In this document: piece after piece, positions 1-13,909 of the stretch
How positions within the stretch are numbered: the stretch's first letter is position 1
How the letters are laid out: each line of letters opens with the position of its first letter
DNA from: Adineta vaga
Taxonomy: Eukaryota > Animalia > Rotifera
DNA: 64,000 nt
Direction of reading: 5' to 3'
NCBI GenBank assembly: GCA_021613535.1
Contig: CP075497.1
Location: 7,626,001 to 7,690,000, forward strand
The notes under the pieces: model-generated
The model's input: the letters and a program-made list of their open reading frames with translations, nothing else
Database searches by the model: none
Told to the model about the DNA's origin: nothing
Made by a program: the position numbers and the translations under genes

Positions 1-659
1 GTATTATGAATGCAAAAGGAAATACTTACAATTCAAAAGTTATTAAATATACTGCACATGTACTTAATACAATGTATAAACATAAATCATTACACGAATT
101 TTATAAACAAAATAGTTATAAAGAAAATGATTTTCTACAACATCGATCAATCAATTCAAAATCATTAACATCAAGTCCACAATCAACATTACATAGACCA
201 CGAGGTGATATGGGACAGCCAACACATTTTACAACAAAAGGAAAACAAATTGTTCGTCCACAAAGTAAAATCTAAGAAAATGATTGATTAATATAGAGAG
301 AAAAAAACGAGAGATTTATATTTGATTTTTAGGATCGGAAGAATATCGAATGCAAAAACTGAATCAAAGTGCTGATAATCTATCAAGAACATATGGAAAT
401 GGAGTAAGTCGTCGATATTTTCTAGCAATACAGTTTCACTGATTAGTATGCCTCTCAATATATGACTTTTTTTTGTCCATTGAATAGAATGTAATAATTT
501 CCAAGAAATAATTTATGTCTTCTTTAGATGACACCGACTCATATGGATCCACATGCTGATTTATATGCTACAGTTCATAAAACTCGTTCACAACAAGTTC
601 AACCAGCAACATGGAATCAACTAAATAATCCATCTGCATCGCCTGATTCCTGGGTATAA
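1..659 (+). CDS. CTNND2: 3' end of delta-catenin / p120-family armadillo protein (partial)
   Basis: First exon resembles the last ARM repeat (SKVIKYTAHVLNTMYKHKSLHEFYK). Hand-spliced exons ~333-402 and ~529-659 end in NNPSASPDSWV*, matching the ASPDSWV PDZ-binding C-terminus of delta-catenin/p0071. Confidence 0.85.
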
Positions 660-1015
660 TCTCATCGTTTCTTTTTCTCTTAAGCAAAATCTGTCAGATG
701 TAAATTTGCCAAGACATAATACAAATTCAATGAAACTTTTGGTCTTCTCTTTTCTTTTATGATGCGTTTTTGTGCAATCTTTTCGTTGATATGCAAAGGA
801 AGAAATCTGATGTTTTTCTTTTCATACGAGTTAATCAACACGTTTAATGTATAAAAGTGTTATTTTCTCTTTAATCAAGTTTTGTGTGTACGTTTGTTCT
901 GTCTCTTCTCCTTGTTTCTTCGAACACAATCTCTTTTATAAAATAAAATTAAGAAATAATCAGATAAAGCAAAGAAGAAAAAAAAACGATAGTACATTCC
1001 ATTGACATTGTAAGA

Positions 1016-4000
1016 TTAACTATTCTTTTTCTCGGTTGGAATAATATATGGTTCTTTCAAACGAGGATCTTCATTAAGTTTAGTTTCCAATTGCAAATAT
1101 TTCTCTGTTGTTAATTGTTTATGTCTAGAAGAAAACGAATTTTCTTTTTCTTTCTATTGAAAAACAAAATAGATAAAGTTTGAACAAACCGATCTAATCG
1201 TTCTTCAAGTATATGTAAACGAAATTGTGCTTCTTGACATAAACGTTGATATTCGAGTTCATCTTCTTTCGTCATACCAATTTGATGTTTCTGATACCAT
1301 TGCTGTTTAGTTACAAGTTCTTGAATTTCACTTTCATAACGTGCTTGCATGAGATTAGCTTTACGAATGGAACGTTCTTTAAAGTCACGTTGAGCAGCAA
1401 TACGTAATTGTTGAGCAATTTGTGCATTGATTCGAGTAGGATTACCTTTAAAGAATTGTTATGAAAAGTAAATATAGTGTTGCAAAAAAGACAGATGAAA
1501 TACAAACCAATAGCAGCAAGAAATGGTGCAAGATAATTAATTTCAGGAATTTTCTTTTTATCACTTTCTTCTTTAGCTTTTTTCTCCTAAGAAAAGAAAT
1601 TCAATTGCAAATCGTCTATCTCAATTAAATTGTTTACTAACCAATGCTTCTCTATATTGTTTGGCTTTAATATTTCGATCTGTATCATAAACACTAACTT
1701 CGAGATCACTCGAAAGTTCTTCTTGTTGACGACGATATTCAAGATCACGTGTCTTTTAGAAACAGATATATTGATTTCTATGTAAAAGATAAAATATTTA
1801 CTTCTTCTTCAGCTCTTCGAACACGTCGAATAACTTCTTCTTCTTGTTCCATTAATTTAAGCATTTTATAATACAAATCACGTTTAGATAATTGTTTAAA
1901 ATCTTCATCAGCTTGGTAAGTTTCAAGTAGATCATCACTCCATTTTAATGTGACAGTTTTATCATTCCAATTCGCCTAAATCAATTAGAAAATGAATGCT
2001 ATTATTTACTCCTACGAAAAGAAGATTTCACAAAACTTACCGGTTTGATATAAGTTCTGAAAAATAAAGATAAAATTGAATAATTTACTAAAGGAAATTG
2101 AAAATAAAATCTACCTTGTTGATGGTGTGATATGAATATCATCTCGATGATAAGTAATAACAAATTTATCATCTTTGATTGCAAAAATTAATTCGTGAAC
2201 ATCATCATTTGCATTTAATTCTAAATTACGGCCATATTGTTCCGTAATCGACTGGAATTAAACGAAACAAAATTGAATGCTACACCAATGATAAAAACAA
2301 TATGCTTACGAGTATTGGTCGTTGAGTATCCTTATCAGCTGGACCAAATTTTTTCGGTCGTTGTTCAAATACAGCTTTACGATATTCAAGAAAATCATCA
2401 CGATTAACAAAATAATCAGTTAATTCAAGCGTTGTTTCATGTCGTTTAGCTAAACCATCTAAACGTGCTTTATCATAATAAATCATTGTACGTTCAAAGT
2501 CTGCTCTAAAACCATAGGTATGTTCTAAACGAAAGTATTGACATCAGTTTGTTTCTTTATGCATCATTTTTAGTCATGGTAGCACAATTCTATTCTGTTG
2601 CTACAGTTCAATTTATTTCTCATATTTTACCTTTTAAATGATCAGATCGACCTGGTAGATACGTTTCATGAACAATATTATTACGAGACTCATGTACACG
2701 TTCTTCAAGTTTATCTTGACGATGTGCATATTTTTGTGTAACATAAATAAGTTCTTTAACTAAATTTCGAAAAAACAAAATTATTTCGCTAGATTTCAAT
2801 GGAACTTACAATCATAATCGGCAAATTCTGAGATTTTAAGAATAATACCATCTTTCATATGATACGGTGCGTATTTTTCTACACGCGTTTTCTTGTAGAA
2901 ATATGTTTTACGACAATGTGGATAACGTTCTTGAAATTCTGTAAAAAGAAAAGAATTCTAATAGAAGGTTTGATGCAAATACGAAAATGATTCTACCTTG
3001 TTTGGTTATAACAATATGATCAACCCATGATGGAGGTAATTCAATATCTTTTTGAGTTGCTTCAACACTTGTCTATGAAATAGAAGAGAAAACATAACTA
3101 TATATCTTTTCGTAAGGAAAGAATTTCGTTTACTTTTTCTTCTTCTTCATCGAGAATTGCAGAATTACCCAACGTATTTAATGTGGCTGTTGATGCACCA
3201 CGTAAATTTGTCGAATATGTAAACATAAACTCCCAACGTGCTTGATCATTTAGATCAAATTGAAGTGACTAAAAACATGTAATATATTCTTTCTAGTTTT
3301 AAGAAGAAAGAAAAAAACGAACTTCACAACCGTTGGAACAATCTTGCATATTAACCCAATAATTTTGATGATTCCAAACACTTTCAATACCCAAATATTC
3401 TACATCATTTGTTGCTTTACCATAACCTGTTGTTGGTTCAATAAAAAATGCTTCAGGTACTTCACGTTTGCCAGAAAGAACTAATACCCAAGAATGTACT
3501 CGAATACCATAGAGTGGATCAGGTAATGGTTTTTCAATTTCCTATATCGAAAAAAATTATATCATAAACATCTAGGAACATTATATTAAATAACTTACAG
3601 CAATTCGTCGATTTTCTTCTTCTCGCTTTCGATCTTTATCTGCTTGAATTTTATCCAATCGTCTTTGATGCATATAAGCATCATACTTCGATGTTAAATC
3701 TTTTGGTGGTTTAACTGTATATTTTTTCTGTGGAGGTTTTGTTCGTTCCACATGTTTCTAAATAGATCCATTGATTAAATTAATTATCATCAAATAGAGA
3801 AGATTTACTTAACATACTTCTTCTTTTTTCTTAGTATAAGGATTTGGTAATCGAGTTGTGTCCATATAACAAACTTCTCTTGTTGCATAACCACTAACTA
3901 CATATGCATCGTATCCAGCACCAATTAATAATGAGCAGAGAAGAGTCGCATAATCGAAACAATTGCCACGTTGATCAGTAAGGATTTTTGTCGGTGACCA

Positions 4001-4746
4001 AAGTGTTTTCGGCTAGAGAGAAAACGAAGTATTTTAAAAAATGATTAAAATTATGTTTGAATCTCAGCATACAAGTTCATGTGGTGGTTCGAGTAATTCA
4101 TAGTTCAGATGATCGGCAACGAAATCTCCTGCTGCATCCCATTGAAATAATTTCGAAAATGAAAGTAATGTCGGTTGAATTGTTGTGCAAACGAATTTCT
4201 ATTAGAAAAATAGATAAAATCATAACGATATAATGTTATTTCAAGATACTTACAGGAATACCACATTCGTTATAAGGATTTAAAAAGAGTGGTTTTCGAT
4301 CACGATAAATATAATGATATTGCCGACGAAAGTTTTCAATAAATGTTAAGATTAATTCTTCTTTTTTTGCATTTGATCGATAGGATACGGGGTAATTTTC
4401 AGGATGTTCACAAATAACAACTGGCCTAAAATAAAAACAATGATTCAACTATGAAATATCTTAGCTTTTCGCGTGAAGACGAACGGAGGAAACATCTCAG
4501 GTGCAATAATTGGTTGTAACTGAGGTTTAGGTGGAGTATTATCTTCTTGTTGATCGTTGATTTCATCTGTAGGTTGATCGGTAAGTTCTTCATTCGTATT
4601 TGTAACTTCTTGTTCATTGTGCTCCATTTCTGCAGACAACTAGAAAAGAGATGGAATGCTATTTTATATTTATTTCAGTGAAAGAAATTGCAAACTACAT
4701 GTCCATTGGTCGCTGTAGAAGATTCAGGAACTGTTTGTTCAGTCAT
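1016..4746 (-). CDS. DRC7: Dynein regulatory complex subunit 7 (CCDC135/lobo), multi-exon
   Basis: Motifs FIENFRRQYHYIYRDRKPLFLNPYNECG, KFVCTTIQPT, GNCFDYATLLCSLLIGAGYDAYVVSGYA, GIRVHSWVLVLSGKREV, GIESVWNHQNYWVNMQ and a C-terminal coiled coil ending KLNEDPRL. About 20 short introns; includes a 16-nt exon at 2041-2056. Confidence 0.93.
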
Positions 4747-5316
4747 TGTTGACAAGTAAAACAGCTTTTCTTGTATTAACTTGAAATTGTTTCTACATCA
4801 CCATTTTGTTGTTTAACTCCATTGACAACCAACTATAAAATATTATTGGTTACTTTCAACCAATCGATGGTAGTCTGCATCATCTTATAGAAAAAGTGCA
4901 TTTGTTACCTTTCTTTTTTGATTTATAAGATCTAATTGAAAGATATATCAAGATGACATAGAGTCTGCGTAATTATATGCAGACTTTGTTATCATCAAAA
5001 AGTTAGTTTTGCATCGTCTAGTTGATCTTTTCACACTTTTGAGATAGTGATTAACAAAGTAAATAGTAATGTATGAATGTTTACCAACTATTAAATTGTT
5101 TATCTTCGAATTTTGAGAAATTTATAGAATGAAATTTATTGTTGGACAAAAGAGAAGCAGAAAAAGAGATTGTTTTGCAAACAAGTATAGTCTATAGTTT
5201 TGAAGAATTAAGATTATATAAAGGAATATTTTTTCTACGATACAATACAAAAGAGAAAGATTAAAGAAAAATTGCTCAGTCAATTCAAGTTTCTTCTTTG
5301 TTACATTTCTCGTTTT

Positions 5317-6211
5317 TTAACGAAGTGAAAATGGAAGAAGATTGGCATGAATACCGCCAGAAAATAATTTATAAAGGAAGAGACCATAAGCTGTAAATGT
5401 AGCTACAGCATTAATCGTATAACCAAATGTACGTGATGGATGATTGATGGCGGCATCAAATGTATAACGACTAGAAATGAATATTGAACTAACAAAATCC
5501 GATAGAATAGAACCTACCCAAGAATAAAAAGACCAGATAAAGCAGGAATAATGCGGAGATTATTTGCTTCAAGTACAGATGCTAAAGCTAATTTAGCTGC
5601 AGTAAATGCCAGAAATGATTCTGTTGTATTGGATAAAATTCGTTGTGTTATTTGTAAGTGATGATTGCCTTCTGATGATGTAGGCTCAATTCCATCTATA
5701 ATTGAAACATTATCTACACATTTTCGAATAGAAATTGAACTAACTTACATTTTGAACGTACACCAATAACACACCATATAGCTGTAACCATTGAAATACC
5801 CTAGAAGAAACAATTCTGAATAAAAAAATTCTTAAATTCCACATAGAATTTCACCTCGAGACCAGTCCATCGGAGAGCGTCTAAAGAGAGGAAAAACGAA
5901 AAATAATTTCATATGCGAAAATTAATAATGAAAATACATACAAGCAACACGATCAGCAGCTGATGATAGTATTGGAATACCAATTGCAGGAATATTTCGA
6001 TTAGCTAAAAGAAGAAGACCACCACTAACACCTAAGCCAGCTAATATATATGGACCATTTTGTTTAAGTTCGAATTCAATTGTACGAGCTGTATCGTTTG
6101 CTCGTGATGACGATGTAGTTGTAGACTAATATAAAGTAAAAAAAAACAAACAAAATCTTTCCGATTAATTCGAGAATCTTCGTATAACATTTAACATACG
6201 GAAAAAGCCAT
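5317..6211 (-). CDS. TMEM79 (mattrin)-like MAPEG-superfamily membrane protein
   Basis: Hand-spliced 6 exons give ...SSAADRVAYALRW...LQITQRILSNTTESFLAF...LRIIPALSGLFILGRYTF...SRTFGYTIN. The helix pattern and motifs match TMEM79-type proteins. Confidence 0.7.
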
Positions 6212-6926
6212 TTCTTCTTGATTCAATTAAATGATTTGTTGATCTAAAATGAAAAGATAACTATCGATCAGTCGAAGTAGAATTCAAAACTTATTTCGAT
6301 GTGAATGTGCGTAGTTATGTGTGAGCGATAAAATACAAAAACAAAATGGATTTGTGCATTTCATTCTCTCCCTCTCTTGTTCGTCCTTTACTTTCATAAT
6401 ACCACAAGACTATAACCACACATGTATTTCTAGCTCGGGAAAAAAAGAGAAAAATGACGATTCACACATTACAGCAGTGCAATAGCGATGATGACGAACA
6501 GTATAAGTAATACTTCGTCGGTTGAGAAAAGGAAAAAGAAGGGAGAGCGAATATCTTCGTCTAACTAACGTAAATTGCCTGCCTAGTTGATGCAACAGAC
6601 GGCGAGAATGAAAGAACTGAAAGGAAAAAAGAAAAGAAAGAAAAGTGAAGAAAGGAAAAAAATTATAGGAGAACTAGGAACTCAGAACTCGTGTAGTACA
6701 GCAGTTCGTTTGACCTATTCACTCGTAAACAGGCGTAGAAAGTCAGTAAGTGGTTCTATGCCAGAACAGAAAGGAAAAAATAGAGAGAATACATTTCCTT
6801 CATAAATAATGATTGAACCATCTGTTCAAAATTGTGTAGTAACACAGATGAGAAGAAAAATAGAAATTGATCAGTTTTAATAATATCACATTTATTTAGT
6901 TTTTATTAGAAATGAAATAGGAAGGT

Positions 6927-9900
6927 TTAAATTCGATGATTTGCATGACAATCTCCATTAATGCCCATATAAGCTGGCCAAATTTGTTCTTTATATGGTA
7001 GCAGATTGTTATTCTCAGATGTCATTTGACAATTGGACGAATTATTTCGTTCACATTTCATATTTTTAAAATGAAGACGAAAACGATAGACAGTTAGTTG
7101 TCCTAATTGTTTTTTAAATGGATTTGACATTGATGTTTGTACTTGATCGATTAATTCCGGAGATATTTTCAATATAGTTTCATGTAAACGCGTTTTATTT
7201 GTACATAAATCTTCAATATAATGTTCATACGCATCATGATCCATTCCGAATACATTTTCTATCAAATAAATAATTACAATATTGCTAAATTCAAAAGAAA
7301 TTTATCTACGATTTGTTGGTTTTAATCGTTCCTCTTCTTTAGCCATGCCTTCATCAATACAAGCTCGTTCATCTGCATGTAATAATATCGATGTATCTGA
7401 ATGAATCCAATAGGTTGCAAAGATTAAATCAATACTTGATTTCGAATTCAATTCAAATGAAGGTGCTAATGTACCTATAAAAAATATTTTATCATCGCAA
7501 AGGGAAAAAAAAACTAATGATTGAACTTCTTACCAGTGGAAATTGTTCTTTGTAATCCACCATTATCGTGTGGGCCAACATGTCGTTTAAATTTCTTTCG
7601 ATTTCCACGAGAATCCAGATCATCTTCATTTTCATCATTCACTATTATTTCATCAGTAGTTTCATCAGATAATGTTGATTGACTTGAATCTGTTGATTCT
7701 TTACCCTTTTAATAAAAGATAATTATATTGAATAAAGATGAAATTTCGATATCAAACCTGCATATAATCATCTAATCGTTGCCAGGATTCATATATCGAT
7801 AAATAAGCAGGATATTCTTGAAGAAAGTTTTTTATATCTATTAAACTTGGTCTAGAAGTACTCCGTTCAATAGCAACATGATGATCTAAAATATCTAAAC
7901 TAGAATCTTTTCGTCGCAATATACTTTCATACTTGAATTATAAATTAGAACACCGGGTGGTTTCATAGATTGTGTTAGACCATGGAGTGCAGTAAAACTT
8001 GTTGTTTGATATCGTAATTTACACATATCAGCATGTGAAAGAAGTGCACTTGGTGTATCTAGAAGAAAGAAAAGAATATCTATCTATCAAGCAGTGTAAG
8101 TAATCAATAGTATACTTTTATCATAATCAATTTTTCTTTCGTAATCATTATTGTTGTTGTTGTCAATTCCATCACATTCTCCCATCCAATAAATAAACAT
8201 GTCATGTCCATGTTGTTTAAAACTGACTAGAAAGTGATTGAAAGATATTAAGTTTCGAAGAAATCGATAGAAAATTACTCAACTAGTTAATGGTGAACTT
8301 TGAACACCAATTGTTTGTTCAATTGATTTATCTAATATTGTTTTACCCGTCAAACCATCAAGAATAGTTGTCTATTATGAAAATAAAGATTCATTCAAAA
8401 ACGATTTCTTTCTTTACCTGTGCACTATAATATAATGGATAACCTGGTCCTGTCTGATAATGAATCATTATATCCGGTATGTCATCATTATTAAAATATC
8501 CAACTGCAGGTGAACTAAACCAACAACAATAATAATTATTTGACATTTTTCACATGAAAATATATTAACCTATATGTTTCTGAACTAGGAAAAGTTCGAT
8601 TCCACAATTGTTTGAATGTTTTTCCATCAAACGCAAATAATGTTGAATTATACAATGGAATAATAATATCTTCAATATCATCGTTATTAACATCGATTAG
8701 AACGGGTGGTGTCATTACACCTTTATATTTATCACTGATGATTTCAATATACTGAAATGAAAAGCAAAGAAATGAGTTTTATTATTTAGACATATTCTAC
8801 CTACTGGTGCTGAACAATATTTTGTAAAACATTTCAAATCAAATGCATAAAGACCACCACCATGCGTTTCACCACCAGTTCCTATAAGAATATATTCTTC
8901 CTTCGATGATCTTTTCAATAATTGAGGAGAATAATACGATTCCATTCGATCAGGTACAATAGATATATTTAATAATTTGCCTGTTTTTGTACTAATAAGT
9001 AGAACTTCACCTGCTAATTTAACTGTATCATCTAAAACAAAATCAGAATGTCATTTAATTTGGCGATCATTATTTTATTTTATAACAAACGTGGTTTTCG
9101 TATTGGATCACCTCCATGTATAGTAATAAGATCATTTATACCATCATTATCAAAGTCTTTTTCTAAATATAATGGTGTATAAAAATTCATAGTTGTATTT
9201 CGTATATCATTATCAAAGATCCATATTAATGAACCTGTTTTGCCACTAATTGCTTCAAATGTCTATCGAGTAACAAAGACGAGTTCAATTCAGAAGACGA
9301 GAAATTTCATTTCAAACTCACTCCTCCTCGTCCACCAGTCAGACAATCTGGAATTTGATCTCCATTAATATCCCGTTGACAATTCAATGCAAATACTTCA
9401 TGATTAGATTTATCATAATTCCATAGAAGTTGCCCGTTACGACCATCTAAAGCCTAATGAAAAGACAGTTTTTCTAACAACACAACTGGTTTTCTTTTCT
9501 TTACTTTCACACCTCCATTACACGGAGAAATTCCATCAAAATAAAGATCACATAACAATTGATTGTCTGATAATGTATCAACACCTGTACCATAACCAAA
9601 GATGACATCGAGTATACCATCAGAATTACAATCAACAAGACGAAAAGCTGTTTCAGTTAATAGTTTAGGAAAACCACTAGTCCATATTAGTTCGATTTCA
9701 ATATTTTCTTGTGATTGATTCGTTGTTTCATTGGAGTGAAATATTATATATGAACTGAATAAAACAAGTATCGTTACAAATAGAAGTGAAGACAAAAATA
9801 TATAACAATAACAAAACCGCAACGAACGATTCTCAGAGTTTCGATGCCTAGATTATGAAAAAATATCTTCATTTAGCAATTGAAAAATAAGCTTGCCTAC

Positions 9901-10023
9901 AAACCTATATGCTAAGCCATAATTATCTTCAGGTCTTTGTTCATTAATTAGTAATGTTCCTTGGTCATCTTCTGCTATAGACATTTGTGATAGTTCACAA
10001 CTTTCCATGCTAACAGTTGTCAT
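6927..10023 (-). CDS. FAM234/ITFG3-like type II membrane protein with FG-GAP/beta-propeller repeats
   Basis: Short N-terminus, one TM (CYIFLSSLLFVTILVLFSSYIIF), then repeated DxNxDGxxD loops (DCNSDGILDVIFG, DINGDQIPDCLTGGR, DFDNDGINDLITIHGG, DVNNDDIEDII, YFNNDDIPDIM). Confidence 0.75.
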
Positions 10024-10995
10024 ATTTGTCAGCAAAATAAAAAAATGTCGTATGTTAGGGAGCACGTTTCTTTCTCCTTCTTCGTTTTCTCTCCAATATT
10101 AATAAGTTTCTATCTAACTATTCCTTCTTCTCCAACTCCTCTCCTTTGTTTCGTTCCGTTGTCGGCAAATTTTCCTCTGTAACGACAACAACAACATTAT
10201 CTTCCTTTTTTTTCTTCTTCTTTTCTTCACAATAATCCAACAGTGAACTGTTAGATCGACAATCCACTCGAATTTTGTCTAGTAGTACTATCATAATCTA
10301 TCTCTATGGCATGACATAGTTCACTCTGTTTTCTTTTATGCTTTTAGATTCATTAAAAAGATTTGATAGAATTACGTGATAAATGAATACGAGGAGAAGA
10401 TTGAAAAGAATATCGATGAACGTGATGAATGTATAGCTTCAATAACCAAATTGGATGAATGCGTGGGAAACAGACATTAGAAATTATTCATTATTAATGA
10501 AGAATAAGCTTGATTTGATTGAGAAGATAAATCCTGTTGACTATCATGCAAAAGTATTCAACATTTGTTTTGCAAAATCTATAATTACTAGGATACCATT
10601 GCAATTAACATGTCTTTGACGTGTTTCGTAATCTGTAACCATACTAATTTCGAAACATTTATATATTTCGTACTGCAAATTCCAGGTACATCGATGTAGA
10701 AGACGATGTGAGACGACAACAAATATACATATTAGTCAGAATTTTTTTGTTGTTGACTTTATTAGGGTACAAATCAAGTGTTCTCTTTTTTTCAATTCTC
10801 TTTCTGGCATTACTTTTAACCGATTCCTGACAATTGCCTGTACAACGAAACTGTTTGAAAAATATTTTAAAATCTGAAATGAATCATACTATGAATTAAT
10901 ACACATCTATATAAACCCAAAGCAATCTTTTACACAATCGGTTATAATATTTTATCGGGTTAATAACTATCGTCTTCAATTTAATACATAGCATA

Positions 10996-12251
10996 ATGAT
11001 GAAATATATTTTATTTTTCATTGTGCTGACTACTTTTACTTCAATATCTCATCAATCAGGTAAGTTGACCATTACGTTCTAGGCATCAACCATTGTTCAC
11101 TTCACTATTGTTTCACTTGGCAGTCTTATCTGAATCACTGAAACGATGTCGACGAGATGCTGCTTCAACATGTGTTCTTGCACCTGAACTAACTGAAGGT
11201 CCATACTATTGGAATACATCACTCATGAGACAAAATATCGCGTAAATCCCTTAATGTCATCACCATCTTCATAATCGTCACTACATTTTCTTTCTAGAGA
11301 GGATCGTGATGGCATTCGACTTCGTCTTCAAGTTGTCGTCACCGATGCCAGTACATGCTCACCTATTGCCGATGCTGCTGTTACACTTTGGCATTGTGAT
11401 GCAGGTGGAATCTATTCACATTACATTCAAGCTAGTCAAAACGTACCAAATCCACAAAATGATAATCAAACATTTCTTCGAGGTAACTACGCTTTTTTCC
11501 TTCCGCTTTTCTTTGCTAATGCATCTCGCATCTTTGTGACATGAATAGGTATTCAGTTGACAAATGCAAGTGGTGTAGCAACATTTGATACTATCTATCC
11601 TGGATGGTATATAGGTCGCGCCATACATATGCATGTGAAAGTTCATCTTGGTGGAACATATCTGAATGCATCGAGTTATTATTCAGGTGCTACTTATGTT
11701 CACACAGGTCAATTGTTTTTCAACGATTCGTTCAGCGATTTGGTGAATGCACAAACACCCTACAACAATCATAGTGGTAGTCGACTGTTGAATAGTGCCG
11801 ATAATATTTATTTATCAGGAGGTTCATATACATTAATGGATGTTCAATATGTGAATTCTGGCGTGGTTTCACTGAGGGCTTGATCACGACAGTAACACTT
11901 GGTGTTACATCATCTGCTAATGAATCGACCACACCACCACCATCAACAACAACAATCACACGTGGTATGCCTGAGACCACCACAAGTGAAATTAATGGAC
12001 CAAATCCCATTACTACCACCACATCCCACTCTCAAACTACCACTACAACTCGTCGTAAAACTACCACTAAACCTAACAAACATCCAGGTGGTCATTATCC
12101 AAAACCAAATCAACCAGGTGTACCCTCACGTCCAGGACAGAATCATCCAGGTCAACCTGCACGTCCAGAAAATAATCATCCAGGTGGACCAGATTGGACA
12201 AAATCGTCCTTCTGGAAATCGTCATTGAATATTGTTCAAGAGGATGAATAA
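10996..12251 (+). CDS. Secreted intradiol ring-cleavage dioxygenase, copy 1, with Thr-rich tail; apparent 1-nt frameshift at ~11862
   Basis: Signal peptide MMKYILFFIVLTTFTSISHQS; CVLAPELTEGPYY, LWHCDAGGIYS, TFLRGIQLT, TIYPGWYIGRAIHMHVKVH, HTGQLFF. Three GT-AG introns. TATA-like ctatataaa at ~10907. Confidence 0.9.
11377..11858 (+). repeat. Near-identical segment shared with 14280-14760 (includes intron 3)
   Basis: Direct comparison shows only scattered substitutions over ~480 bp, including the intron. Confidence 0.95.
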
Positions 12252-13909
12252 ATTCTACGCGATCAAAAGAATGGGAAAGACATTTACCTTTACTTAGTTG
12301 TGTTTTATTAACCAAAGTTTTTTTTCAGTCATTCATAATCGTCCATAGTATCTTCACGTTTTTTTAATGCTTGTATGTAGAACTTTCACTGACTAAAATA
12401 AACTAAAGAGAAAAAAATGAACAAAATTCACTCTTTCATCGATAGATTGTTCTTTCAAAGACATATATGCACATCCATAGTGTAGAAATAGTGTGAAGAG
12501 AATATCAAAGCACCATCTACTTGATAAGCATAGGAGTTTCATGCCATAAAATAAATTATCAATCTTCATTTCTAATGGAATTAATATCACAAATGTTTTA
12601 TGGCATAATTGTCCTTTTCTGTATGGTTCATTAGATTCGTCATCGTTAACAGCAACGCTTGTCTTACGCATTCATACACTAGGAAAACTGTTATTTCTAG
12701 TAAGCTGATAGTTTTAGTAATATTGTGAGAAGTACTAGTGATGTTTACTACTTTCACTCTTATTCACACCCGTCTTTCATCTTACAAACTAGAAATATTG
12801 AGAATAGCGTGTTAACTATTTTCTTAAGTATTTATTCTTCCAGTAGCTTTTAAATATCACGAATGTACTATTTTGACTGTAATAAAAAATCAACATTGCT
12901 TCAATAACAAGAATGCATCCTATTATAAACGTACTCTGATGTTACCTTTTATGTACGTCATCTGGCGAAAACAAACCGTTTGCATTACTTATATTGGATG
13001 TACTTTTTCTCAGTTCTTTCACGTTTTCTTGACACAATGTTGAAAAAACTTCATAATATCATAGGCCTTTTTTTTCTCTCCCAAAAACGAAAGAAACAAA
13101 TATACGTAGATATGTAAATATACTTTAAACCTATCAGCATATTTTTGCACGAATATCGTTTTATTAATATGCAAATTATACTTCGTCGATTAGTAATAGA
13201 GAAGAAATTGTACCTAACATGTATATATTAATTGATAATTGCATGAAATAAAAATTTGTAAGTTAAAAATATCATCGAAAAAAACTTTGATATGAAACTA
13301 GAAGGACGCATACTTCGAAGGTGAAAGGAATAAAAAAATGTACTTTTTAACAACTCCATTCTGTTTAGGTGTTTACAACAATGATGAATTTGTGCACTAT
13401 TTTTTCTATTTGTCAAAGCACCACACGGTTTCTATTTGTATGCACTCTTGTCACAGGGGAATGCGGAGGTGAGAACCGTGGGACATAACACCTTCTCTGT
13501 TTTTAAAATTTTCGTTTTATTTTGCTGATCAAAATCAAGTCGTTTATCTTAATCTTTTGAAATCGTTTTTGAAAAAAGAAAAGAAAGAGTTGCATTCCTG
13601 TTGATATACTAATTTCTTTTCTTCAAATGCATTCGCTGTTCCTGTCTCTTACACCTATTTTTTTTACATTTATGAATGTACTTTTAGCAAACGTTTATTT
13701 ATAGACTATGTCCCGAGATGGTTTATAGCCTCTTTACTCTCAACATTTGCATCATATAATTAGTCACCGACTGGACTATATAAGCAGACAAAAATCTTGT
13801 AAAACTATTATCTACAAGTTTTCATTAGTGAAAAACGTTTTTTTGCTGAATACTTTTACAGTTATTTTATTTCTATTATACAAATACTTACGCATCTTTA
13901 TACATTACT

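Noticed and set aside
4806-4832. Possible RFX X-box upstream of ciliary DRC7
   Set aside because: Only a half-site (gacaac) matches well.
11306-12315. Alternate-frame and antisense ORFs over dioxygenase copy 1
   Set aside because: Shadows of the real coding exons.
13418-13482. Imperfect inverted repeat (cacggtttct...agaaccgtg) in a GC-richer patch between the dioxygenases
   Set aside because: Only about 9 bp of pairing; no tRNA fold, terminal repeats or target duplication to support an ncRNA or transposon.
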